The notes under the pieces are model-generated. The model saw only the letters and a list, made by a program, of their open reading frames with translations, ran no database searches and was not told the origin of the DNA. Source: the human T2T-CHM13v2.0 reference genome, Homo sapiens. From it: a DNA stretch of 64,000 bases. The stretch lies in the NCBI RefSeq assembly GCF_009914755.1, contig NC_060941.1; one strand, given 5' to 3'. The position numbers and the translations under genes were made by a program. Every line of letters begins with the position of its first letter. Positions within the stretch are counted from its first letter, which is position 1. Below are positions 42,313-64,000 of the stretch, in pieces.

Positions 42313-42595
42313 TAACAGTGGCACTGCCAATCAAAAGGAAGAAGAGATTGAACGAACAATGCTGGGACAAGCTGGTTAAGTCTCTGGAAAATTAATTTAA
42401 ATTCCAACCTAATAGCACTTACCTGAATAAGTTTCAGATGGTTAAAGCATTTTCCCTGCAGATGTAACTCTAAAGCAACCAGGAGAAAATGCAGCACAAT
42501 ATTTACTCTCAGGACAAGGGTGGACTTTCTAAGTAAAAAACAGTGAAGAAAACAAGAAAGGAAAGGAATAATTGGTTTGATCAAATTAAATTAAA

Positions 42596-42945
42596 AATAC
42601 ACCATGGAATACTATGCAGCCATAAAAATGATGAGTTCATGTCCTTTGTAGGGACATGGATGAAATTGGAAATCATCATTCTCAGTAAACTATTGCAAGG
42701 ACAAAAAACCAAACACCGCATGTTCTCACTCATAGATGGGAATTGAACAATGAGAACACATGGACACAGGAAGGGGAACATCACACTCTGGGGACTGTTG
42801 TGGGGTGGGGGGAGGGGGGAGGGAATAGCATTGACGAGTTAATGGGTGCAGGACACCAACATGGCACATGTATACATATGTAACAAACCTGCATGTTGTG
42901 CACATGTACCCTAAAACTTAAAGTATAATAATAATAATAAAATTC
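42596..42945 (+). mobile_element. 5'-truncated young L1PA 3' end
   Basis: ORF2 C-terminus ([22 protein letters not shown]...FSLIDGN), G-rich tract and poly-A; ~20-bp deletion after AGCATT. Confidence 0.93.
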
Positions 42946-43410
42946 TTTTAAAGAAAAAGATCACATGCAAAGTAAAAAAACAAAGTAGGAAGGTACTTTT
43001 TGCATTTATTAAGGAAATAATTAATATTCTTAAAAGTGTTATGTTCCATTAATGAGAAAAGGGTATCTTTCCTTCATTCATAGAAAAACGAAGAATCCCT
43101 TGAGCCTTAAGTCACATCCAGCAAGTGGCAGAGCCTGGATGCAGCCTCCACTGTTTAATCCCAAGCTTCTTGTTCTTCTCACCTGCCCACGTGGTCTTCT
43201 TTAATCATTTTATCTGCCAGCCGCTGAAATCTCCAAGGTCTCCCCCTTGCGTGTTCTTGGCCAAAATGTGGTCATAGTAGGTGATGTTTCCCTTACTCCC
43301 TACCAAGAGTCCCCATTACCACTCAAGGCATGTGTTTATTAGCCTCTGCCTTCCTCATCCTCCCAAGACAGAGCTCTAGGTGAAGTGGGTGGATTCGTGG
43401 GGCTCAGTGC

Positions 43411-43723
43411 ATTTTTTTTTTTTTTAAGACAGAGTCTCACTCTGTCATCCAGGCTGGCATGCAGTGGCGCAATCTCACCTTTTTAATCTGCCTAAGTCAA
43501 TGAAAGGCTCTGCCTCCTGGGTTCAAGCGATTCTCCTGCCCCAGCCTCCCGAGTAGCTGGGATTCCAGGCACATGACACCACACTTGGCTAATTTTTCTA
43601 TTTTTAGTAGAGATGGGGTTTTGCCACGCTGGCCAGGCTGGTCTCGAACTCCTGGACTCAAATGATCCAACTGCCTCGGCCTCCCAAATTGCTGGGATTA
43701 CAAGCGTGAGGCACCGTGCCAGC
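43411..43723 (-). mobile_element. Alu carrying a 32-bp foreign insertion
   Basis: Dimeric Alu, TSD TCAGTGCAT; non-Alu segment at 43478-43509. Confidence 0.93.
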
Positions 43724-44553
43724 CTCAGTGCATATTTACAGGTGCATCTACAAGGCTCTCCCGACGCCCTGGTGAGCACGATCACCCCTGCAGCTCCCTC
43801 ACTTTAACAGCTGTTGCTTTTTGTGGTGCCTGGAATTGATTCTCACCTCTCCCTCATGTAGGACAAGCCTTTCATTGACTTACGCAGATTAAAAAGGCCT
43901 TAGAATCCTCACCCTCCTTCATCGTGGGGCTCTTGGCTGTTTCTAGTTTAGCAGAGATGGAAACCTCAGCCCGTTTCCCCTCCATTTTTTCTCTTGGTCC
44001 CCAAGTCACTGACCAGAGATCTTATTTCCTTCCTTCTCCTTTTAGACCTTTAGGTCTCAACTTTTAGACAACCACGTGCCCAGTGAATGGCCAGCCCTTC
44101 GTCCACATAGAAAACCCTTTCCATGCATCGTCCTTCTTTCTTTTCACGTGGAGTCAGCAGGCATTTTCTTAGGCTTATTAGGAACCCTAACTCCAACAAC
44201 TCAAAATAAAATCGTTCTTATATTCTATATTAGCTATGTGCTGTTTTAGAAGACATTTTGTCTGTGGTAGATGGATTACAATTTTTGGTGAACTTAGTTT
44301 GGATGCCTTAGGACCCAGGTTCAAGTTTGAAGGTGGAAATAAAGTGTAGAGAACTTATGCTCCCCACTGATGAAGAAAGAAACATGCAAGGAGGAAAGAA
44401 GTGAAAGTTATAAGGTTAAAAACAAACCAGAGGGAATAAGGATGTGGTGGGGGACCGGAGTGATCAGGACACAACTCAAGTCCCTATTCTTATTTTGGTC
44501 ACAAATAACACTTTAACTCCACCTTCCAAAATAACATGCAATATATTGTCTAG

Positions 44554-44910
44554 TATGTTCATTAAAACTTTCTGGAAGAATTAAACAGGAAACCAGTAAC
44601 AGCGATTACTTGTTACAGGCACAGAACTGGGTAGATGAAAGGCAGGAGGGGAGAAAGATGTTCATATCTACCTTTCAGCACTTTTTGAAGTCTGACTATG
44701 AGAATGTACTACTTACTGAAAAATAAATTACTTAAGAAAATCTTACCCCAAAGGCAAGCCACAAGCTCATAAAATGTATAAAATGGAAGAAAATGCAGTC
44801 GAATGCAGCTTCTCTTTGACGAAGATTCCACAAATAGCAGAGGAACCGTATGGCTGAAGGCTCATCCTTCTAAGGCGTCAGTGTTCTGTGTGGGCAAGAG
44901 TGTGCATATG
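44554..44910. repeat. Copy 1 of an old ~350-bp local direct duplication
   Basis: Colinear with 46298-46648, e.g. GCTCATAAAATGTATAAAA and ATGCAGCTTCTCTTTGA-GAAGATTCCA. Confidence 0.9.
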
Positions 44911-45184
44911 GTGTGGACATCGGGGTGTGACTGCATCCGTGTCTCCTGCAGAGAAAGGGCTCATCAGGGGATTGTTTGGACAGAGGTCTCTGTTGCTTCC
45001 TGCTCTCCCATTTCACAATCACTCTGATTGTCTGTAAGGTCCTGAGGATCTGGGTCTTTGGCCTTTTTGGCTATGAAAGCAGCATCATGTCATTGTTATG
45101 GTTACAGGGCTGATTTTGAGAGACGGGCTCTCAATGCACCAAAGGCTGGAATGGGCCGGAGAAGGGACAAGAAAAAAGAAGCCA

Positions 45185-45497
<313 letters not shown>

Positions 45498-46297
45498 CTA
45501 GTCCTCACCCGATCGTTCTCGCCAGTTCCCAGGCTGTCACTGTCAGAATTCTCCCTGCTTCACCTGCATCTCTCCCCCTGAAGACGGGGACAGGAACGTG
45601 ACAAAAACTCCTTTTAAAGGCACCAAAAGGAAAACCGCTTCAGACTCGGGGTGAGTTGAATGATGACTCTTGACGTCACTACCTCTCCTTCAATTCCTCC
45701 TTTTGTCTCACAGGATTAGAGAACCTCTTATCTTTGTCCATTCTGAGAGTAAGGGACAAAAGCTCCAGGTCAAGATCAGGATCATGCCAGCACATGTATC
45801 TTGGGAAGCTGCATTCACAGAACCCCACACAGAGCCTGATAATCACATCCTGCCCCTTTTCTACTTACTTAAAATTTGCTCTAATGTCTGTTCACTTTCC
45901 TTATTCACGGAGACCATGAGAAATGAGTCCTTATAATTTCATCAGCACCTGGAATTAGGGTCCTGCTATATTTAGTGACAGGTTGGGTCAATTTCAAAAC
46001 ATGTTAAATTGGAGGTAATTAATTCTGGGAGATGCCCCAAACCCAAGGGGATTAGGAATCCAGCGCTGGATCCCTGTGGTGATCGGGTCCAAGAGAGGAT
46101 AAGGCACTGGGAACCGGCCCACGACACCTCTGGAGTCTCAGAAGAATTTTGGTATTCCAAGTTCACAAGCAAAGAGTGGATTTTTGTTTTCTGGAGCTTT
46201 CCAGGGTAGTTCAGATAGAGGCCTGTAGGACCATGAAAAGGGCCAGATGGTGTAAACTATTGTTGGCTCCAAAGTCATATGAATGATTTTAGCTATT

Positions 46298-46648
46298 ATG
46301 TTTATTTAAAAATTCTGGAAGAATAAACAGGAAACCAATAACAATGATTACTTGTTAGAGGTATGGAATTGGATGAGAGACAGGAGAGAAAAACGATTTC
46401 CATGTGTACCTTTTAGCACATTTTGGAGTTTGAATATGTGAATGTACTCCTTATTGAAAAATAAATTAATTAGGAAGTCTTACCCCAAAAGCAAACCATG
46501 GGCTCATAAAATGTATAAAACAGAAGAAAATGCAGTATAATGCAGCTTCTCTTTGATGAAGATTCCATAAACAGCAGAGACACTTGTATGTTTGGAGCCA
46601 CATCCTTCTAATGTCTTAATGCTGTGTGTGAGCAAGAGTGTGTACGCG
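46298..46648. repeat. Copy 2 of the ~350-bp duplication
   Basis: See 44554-44910. Confidence 0.9.
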
Positions 46649-47539
46649 CCTGTGTTAGTGCAGGAAGATACGCTTATGCCATCTTTTCTTCTTCCAGACG
46701 TGAGAACCCGAGAAGCAAGGCTTAGACTATGTTGGTGCAGGCTCACTTGCCCTATTTTTATCTTCTCTGGACTGGAGAGAGCAGAGATAAGAATCTGAAC
46801 ATCCCTAAACATGGCAGGTGCCAGAAACCTGAACACCATTCTGGCAGATGTGGCATCAACAGCTCCATGCGGCAGGTGGAAAGTGAAATGACACCCAGAA
46901 AATGGAGTCTCTGTTTTCTCCTGTAGAAATGGCCCCATGAGTCTCCCTAACCCAGTTGATCTATCCAGGGAATCTGGAGAATAAAGAAGCATAGAATTTG
47001 GATAACTTGGGCATATGGGTTATTCTTGATATCTCTTTGGGACAGTGGCCAATGTCTTGTATGTTCTAGGGGTATAATTATGATATACCTTTAAATCAGC
47101 AGTATAATAGTTTAAATATATTATTCCATTGGATTGAACAAAAGAACAACCACCTAATTTTATGCTTAAAAAAATCTAGTTTATTTTTTTTCTACCTTTG
47201 GTAAAAGGAAGGGAATAAGCTGCTTGTTTAAGAAGAAAGTAGAAATACATGAAATCCATATTCTGTCTTCCAGACACATGACATGGCTTAGCTGTGGTAT
47301 TTGATGTTCAATCCATTCATCAAAGTGGAATGCTTACTGGTGCAGCTGAATGAACAAAAGTTGGGAAGAGAGCAATGCAGGTCTTGGAGTTGGAAAAGTC
47401 ATCTGTGTTAGTCCTTCTTCCTATTTCACTTCTTTTCTTAAAACCTGGAGAGGTAGAACATAAAGGGAGCCCAAATCCAACTCATGTGTTCTTAGTTTGA
47501 CCAGATGAGCATTTGCAAGGACCCCCTTTTATCTTTTAG

Positions 47540-47780
47540 AGAATGAAGAAGATCTAGTATTTGATAGCACAATACCATCACTATAGTCAATTCAATCATA
47601 CATTAAAAATAACTAAGTATAATTGGATTGTTTGTAACACAGCGGATAAATACTTGAGGTGATGGATACACCACTTACCCTGATGTGATTATTACACACT
47701 GTATGCCTGTATCAAAATATCTCATGTACCCCATAAATATACACACCTATGTACCCACAACATTTTGAAAAATGTAAACA
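47540..47780 (+). mobile_element. L1MA-type 3' end fragment
   Basis: GGATAAATACTTGAGGTGATGGATAC...TATCAAAATATCTCATGTACCCCATAAATATAC. Confidence 0.8.
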
Positions 47781-49589
47781 ATAATGAAAAATTATGACAT
47801 TGATTTGGTTGCTTTGTAATGTAGATAGATGTTATATATATAGCATCTAGCAAAAGGCATTGGAGCAATAAATGAGATTATGCAAATACAGAGCTTCTAC
47901 ATTTTACATGAGGTGGTGTGATATTAACTGTAAATGGACTGTGAGAAGCCAAGCATGTATATCGAAATCCTACAACCACGAATGAAAACATAAGATAAAG
48001 GGGAATAACTTAAAAAGTAATAAATAAATAGGAATTACAAAAGGGACCATTACCATGGCTGGAGTGTCCCCTCTGCTTGTTAAAGTTCTAGCCATGTTTC
48101 CTGCATGTGCACACATCCTGACTTCTTTAGATATCTCTCTTTATTATTCTATATTCCCTCTACAGGCCAGCTGTGGAGGCAGAGGAAGAGCATTCAGCAT
48201 GAGGAAAACTAGGCTCAAATACAAGATCTGCATTTTTCTAATTGAAAGACATGGGCTAAATCACTTCATCTTTGAGAGATGTGACTTCATCTGGAAAGAG
48301 GGCTATTGCCATCTGTGCCACAGGACTATTTTGAAAATTCAAAGAGACAATAATATATGTGATAGACGAAATGCACACACCCACATGCATACATACATTT
48401 CATATGTAATGAAATGGCTACTTTCTCTGAACCTACGTGGCACATTAACTTCTTTTGCAGCACTTATCACTTTCTTTCTTGTTTCATTTTTTTCAAAAAC
48501 AAGTATTTGAGTGCTCAGTAGTGCAGGACAATACACTGTGCTATGTCCCTTGACTGATATAAAAGGGAGAGAGACACATAGTTTGACTTGGAGGGACATC
48601 AAGTCTTGACTGTACAAATATCTTCCTTCCCCAACTAGAATCCTCATTCTCCAGCCTGGCTCCCTTTCTTGTAGTCATTCTGCAAGCCTCTTTGTTGAAA
48701 ACTTGACTTCTCAGCTCCCCTCTGATCCATGTTCTGTTAATTTTGCTCCAAAGCTTTGTGTCTTCATTCTACTATTTAATTCAATACATCCGCAAGAGTC
48801 ACAGGAACACTAAAAACACACCCAAAATGGAACTATTTTTTTCTTAAATTACTCTTTTGTTCACTACTGTCATTAAGGGCATCTTTTTCCTTTTAGTGAC
48901 TCAAACTCAAAATCTTGTAGACATCTTATTGCTATCATAATAATTCATTCTGTGGTTTCTATTTCCACATAACCTTTGCATCTAGATCGTAGATGCAAAG
49001 GAGGATACCTCCTTATATAGTATCTATCCTCTTTGGTATTTATTATTTCACTATGGGCAATAAACACCTAATTTCATTTGATGTTACTGAGTTTATCCAT
49101 AACAGCAAAATTAGTCTTGTATTCATTTTGTATCTTCACTCTCTCTTCCCTAGATTGCTTTAAGAGCTGTCTAATTAAACTCCTGATCTCATCACTCTCC
49201 CCTCCTCCCTTACTGCTCTCTTATCTATCCATTCTTGATTAAAGAGAAGCTCTCTTCATTGTTTCATTCAGAGCTTTTATCTATGTATCTATGTAACTAT
49301 CAATCATAATTTCATAAACACCCCTGGACTCACCACTTAATCTGAATATTAGGACTGTAGTAATAACCTACATCTAACTATGTGATAACCCTAGTTCTAT
49401 TCCTCCATCTCTCCTCTTGAATTTTGTCTCATCCTCAACCCTGTGGTCATTCTCTCCTTTGCTTTTGTTTTTATTTTATTTTTATTATTCATTAATGACT
49501 GTCTTAGCAAGATTTTAGGATTTGTATTATCTTTAGATATAGTCTAGTTTAAACTATGAAGTAAGCACAAAAATATTTCCCCAGGTCAG

Positions 49590-55437
<5,848 letters not shown>

Positions 55438-55439
55438 CT

Positions 55440-58220
55440 ATATTTTCTTATACATTTTAGAATAATCTTGTTTATATATAAAACAAAAAAAATCCTGCTG
55501 GAATTCGGATAGGAATTTAAACCTAAATCTCAATTTGAGGAGAATTGGCAACTTTGCTATGTTAAATTTCACAATTCATGAACGTGTTCTGTCTCTCCAT
55601 TTATCTAGGTCTTCTTGATTTCTTTCAGCAGTGTTTTGTAGTTTTCAACATAAAAATCCTGTACATGTCAAAAATTAGCTGGGTGTGGTGGTGCGCACCT
55701 GTAGTTCCAGCTACTTGGGAGGCTGAGGCAGGAGAATCGCTTGAACCCGGGGGGGCAGAGGTTGCAGTGAGCCAAGATCCCGCCATTGCACTCCAGCCTG
55801 GTGACAGAGTGAGACTCTGTTTTTTTTTTTTTTTTTTTTTTTTTGAGACAAACAAAAAAAACTAGTCCTGTACATGTGTTTTTGTTTTCAGATTTACATC
55901 TGTTTTATTTTCCTGAGTGATTGTAAATGCTTTTGTATTTTTAAGTTTGGTGTCTGCATGCTTATTGCTACTGTAAGATATACAGCTGATTTTTGTACGT
56001 TTATCATGCATTTTGTGACCTTTCTGAACTCACATAAGCATTTTTTAGGTTTTGTTTTTGTTTTGTTTTAGCTTTTTAAAGACATTTCTTAGAATTTTCT
56101 ATGTCCTCTGAATCATGTCATCTGAAAATGGTGACAATTTCATTTATTTCTGTTTGTATGCCTTTTATTTCCTTATCTTATTGCACTGGATATAACTTCC
56201 AGTTCTTTATTCAATAAGAGTAATGACAGTCAACATTTTTGATTTGTCCCCAGTCTTTCCTCATAACCTACAGTATAATGTTAGCCATAGGATTTTGTAG
56301 ATGCTTTTTATCAAGTTGAGCAAATTCCTCTTCATTCTTCTCCTTCTCAGGTTTTATTTTTAAAAATTTATGAAAGAATGTTAAATGTTGTCAAATCTGT
56401 TTACTGTATCAATTAGTGGGATCATGTAATTCTTTAGGCCGTTAGTATGCTAGATTGGATTGACTGGCTTTCAACTATTGAACCAACCATGCATACCTGG
56501 AATAAACCCCACTTGATCATGGTGTATAATTTCTTTTATATATTGCTGAATTTTATCTGATATTATGAATTTTTACATTTATATTCATAAGGGTATTGGT
56601 CTGTAGTTCTCTATGTCTGTACTCTCTATCTGGTTTTGGCATCAGGGTAATCTCTTCTCTCCTTTTCTATTTTTGGAAGAGATTGTGTAGAATTTGTGTT
56701 AATTCCTCTTTAAACATTTGATGGAGTTTTCCAGTGAAACCATCTGGACCTATATATTTCTTTTGAGGCCTTATACAATTATTATTTCAATTACCTTAAT
56801 AGCTGTAAGTCTACTCAAATGATCTATTTCACATTGGATGAGTTGTGGTAGTTTGTATTTGTTGAGGAATTCGTTCATTTTATCTTCATTGTCAAAATTA
56901 TGTGTGTAGAATTCCTAATAGTATCCTCTTATCTCTTGTATGTCTGCAGGGTCTGTAGTGATATACCTTATTTCAGTTCTTATATTGTCTTCTCTGTTTT
57001 TTCTTTGTCTTGCTAGAGATTTGTTATTGATCTTTACAAAGAACCGGGTCTTCGCTTCTTTGATTTTTCTCTGTTGTTTTTTATGTTCAATTTCATTGAT
57101 TTTTGATCCTATCATTATTACTTCCTTCCTTGTGTTTGCTTTGAATTTATTTTGCTCTTTTCTAGGCTTCTTAAATGGGAACTTAGATTATTGATTTGAG
57201 ACTTTCCTCTTTTCTAATGTATGTATTCAGTGCTATACATTTTCTTCTTATCATTGTTCTAGCTTTGTTCCACAAATTCTGATATGTTATATTTTCATTT
57301 TAATTCAGCTCAAGGTTGTTTTTTAAAATTACACTTGCAACTTCCCCAGGGATTATTAATAAATGTGTTGTTTAGTTTTTGAGTGTCTGGAGATTTTCCT
57401 AATCTTTGTTATTGATTTCTAGGCTGATTTGTTAAGTTTATCTTATACCCCAGTATATGATCTATCATGGTATATATTCGGGAGCACTTGAAAATAATGT
57501 TAGTTCTGCTGTTATTGAAGGGGGTGGTCTATAAATGTCAAATAGATACTGTTGGTTACTGCTGTTGTAGAGTTATCCCATATCCTTACTGAGCTTCTGT
57601 CTAGTTATTCTATCATTGTTGAGAGAGGGGTTTTGAAGTCTTCAAGTATAATCGTGAACATTTGTCTATGTCTCCTTCAGTTTTCAGTTTTTTTCTCACA
57701 TATTTTGCATTTCAATTGTATGATGAATACGTTTTCAGGATTGCTATGTCTTCCTGGTGGATTGAGCCCTTTATTATAATATCCCTCTCTGTCACTGATA
57801 ATTTCCTTTACTCTGAAATCCACTTATATGAAATATATATAGCCACGTCTCTTTCTTTTCATTAATGTTTATATGTCTTTCTCCATTCTTTTCCTTTCAA
57901 CCTAAGCTGTAATATTTGAGGTGAGTTTCTTGTGGACAACATAGAGTTGGGTAATGTTTATTTTGAATCTACCCTGCCAACTTCTGTCTTTTAATTGGTG
58001 CATTTAGACCATTTACATGTAATATAATTAATGCTTTCTTTTTCCTGCCTTCTTGTGAGTTGCTTTAACATTTGGTGTTTTTGAGTATATCCCTTTGTAT
58101 AGTTTTTTAGTGGCTGCTGTAGGCATTACACTAAACACACATACATAATTTATCACATTTTACTGTTTTCATCATTTTACCAGTTCAAGTGAAGTGTGGA
58201 AACCTTACCTCCCTTTAATT
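55440..58220 (-). mobile_element. Old L1M ORF2 fragment
   Basis: ORF 56915..57115 (KINEIEHKK...FFVKINNKSLARQ...YITTDPADI) is L1 ORF2-like. Confidence 0.8.
55669..55861 (+). mobile_element. 5'-truncated Alu (right arm) with inverted tail segment
   Basis: Begins at the linker AAAATTAGCTGGG. TSD TCCTGTACATGT (55657-55668 / 55866-55877). T25 sits where the poly-A is expected. Confidence 0.93.
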
Positions 58221-59142
58221 AATCCACTAAAATAAAACCAACTGCCCCCGACCATTTCGTGCTCCTCATGCAGTAGACCAACAGAAAAAGATACGAGACA
58301 CTTTTTTTTAACTGATAATTGATATTGATTACCATGAAGATTTATGGCTGCTACTACACAATTGAAAATAATACATCTTAAACTTAAGGGGTTTACTTCG
58401 ATATGCCATGAACTTTCATATTAATTCCATAAATAGTAATAAATGCTAACAAGAATTTTAGTCATCATAACACAAAAAAAGCAGAATAACTAAAACCTCT
58501 GATTGTTGAAGGTCTAATTCATTCTACCAGGCATCAACACAGACCTGCCAACTGATAGCTTAGATGAGGGAAATCTAAAATACGTAGTAGAGAATTGAGC
58601 TAATTATCTGCAGTTACAGCTTTGGGACAATCAACAGTAGTATGAACTGTATCTTGTTTTGATTACACTTTTATGAAATCTTTCCAACTCCTAACTGGCC
58701 ACCACCTTAAAGGGAATTCTGAGTTATGGGGCATATACCCACCCTATTTGGGAAGGAATCAGGCTGAATTCATTTTAACAACACTTAGAGGCTCCGTATC
58801 ATAGGATGAGAGCTGGATACAATGGGGAACTGCAAATGGATCTGAGTAGCACAGGCGTGGATTGCATTGAACACAAACGTCATGCACCTCCTCAGTTTCT
58901 CTTGACGATCTCCTTCTTTCTGAAGGCATCCCCTGCCTCCTGGACCAAGTCACTACCACTGACAGCCTTACCCCTCTTGTGGGAGATGGGGTGTGCTACT
59001 CAGCACAAGGAAGCAAAGTTATGTGTGGTCCACCACTCTTTGTCAAATTCCTCAAGATGGCTGGAATCCCAGTTTTTGACCCAGACCTGCATGGGCTATA
59101 GGCAGATACACACACACAACACTCACAGTCAGCCACGACTTA

Positions 59143-59501
<359 letters not shown>

Positions 59502-59604
59502 TTACCATAATATATAACTTACATTTATTTATCTTCTCATTACAAATTGTTTGTAAATCTTTTTACTAAGAGAACACAGATCACTCCTATATTGCTGAGA
59601 GCTT

Positions 59605-64000
<4,396 letters not shown>

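Overview
Primate (almost certainly human) genomic DNA from an olfactory receptor (OR) cluster. From the protein sequences I recognise it as the 17p13.3 family-1 cluster. It holds intact OR1D2 (minus, 4307-5245), the frameshifted OR1E3 (plus, 28680-29710) and intact OR1G1 (minus, 38863-39804). The rest is mostly interspersed repeats: three long L1PA elements, older L1M/L2/MIR fragments, about 19 Alus, a full-length SVA nested in a Tigger2a-type DNA transposon, a solo LTR2 and other LTRs. The most notable observations are: (i) a series of small microinversions and templated inverted insertions, including independent rearrangement of the same L1 endonuclease quasi-palindrome in two L1 copies; (ii) an old duplicated ~350-bp unit upstream of OR1G1 in which both copies keep the splice sites of a ~139-nt minus-strand exon; (iii) the two frameshifts of OR1E3, one of which creates a new hydrophobic C-terminus; (iv) candidate distal promoter/first exon and LTR-derived polyA site for OR1D2. 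Repeat boundaries are approximate and subfamily names come from recalled consensus sequences, not from a search.
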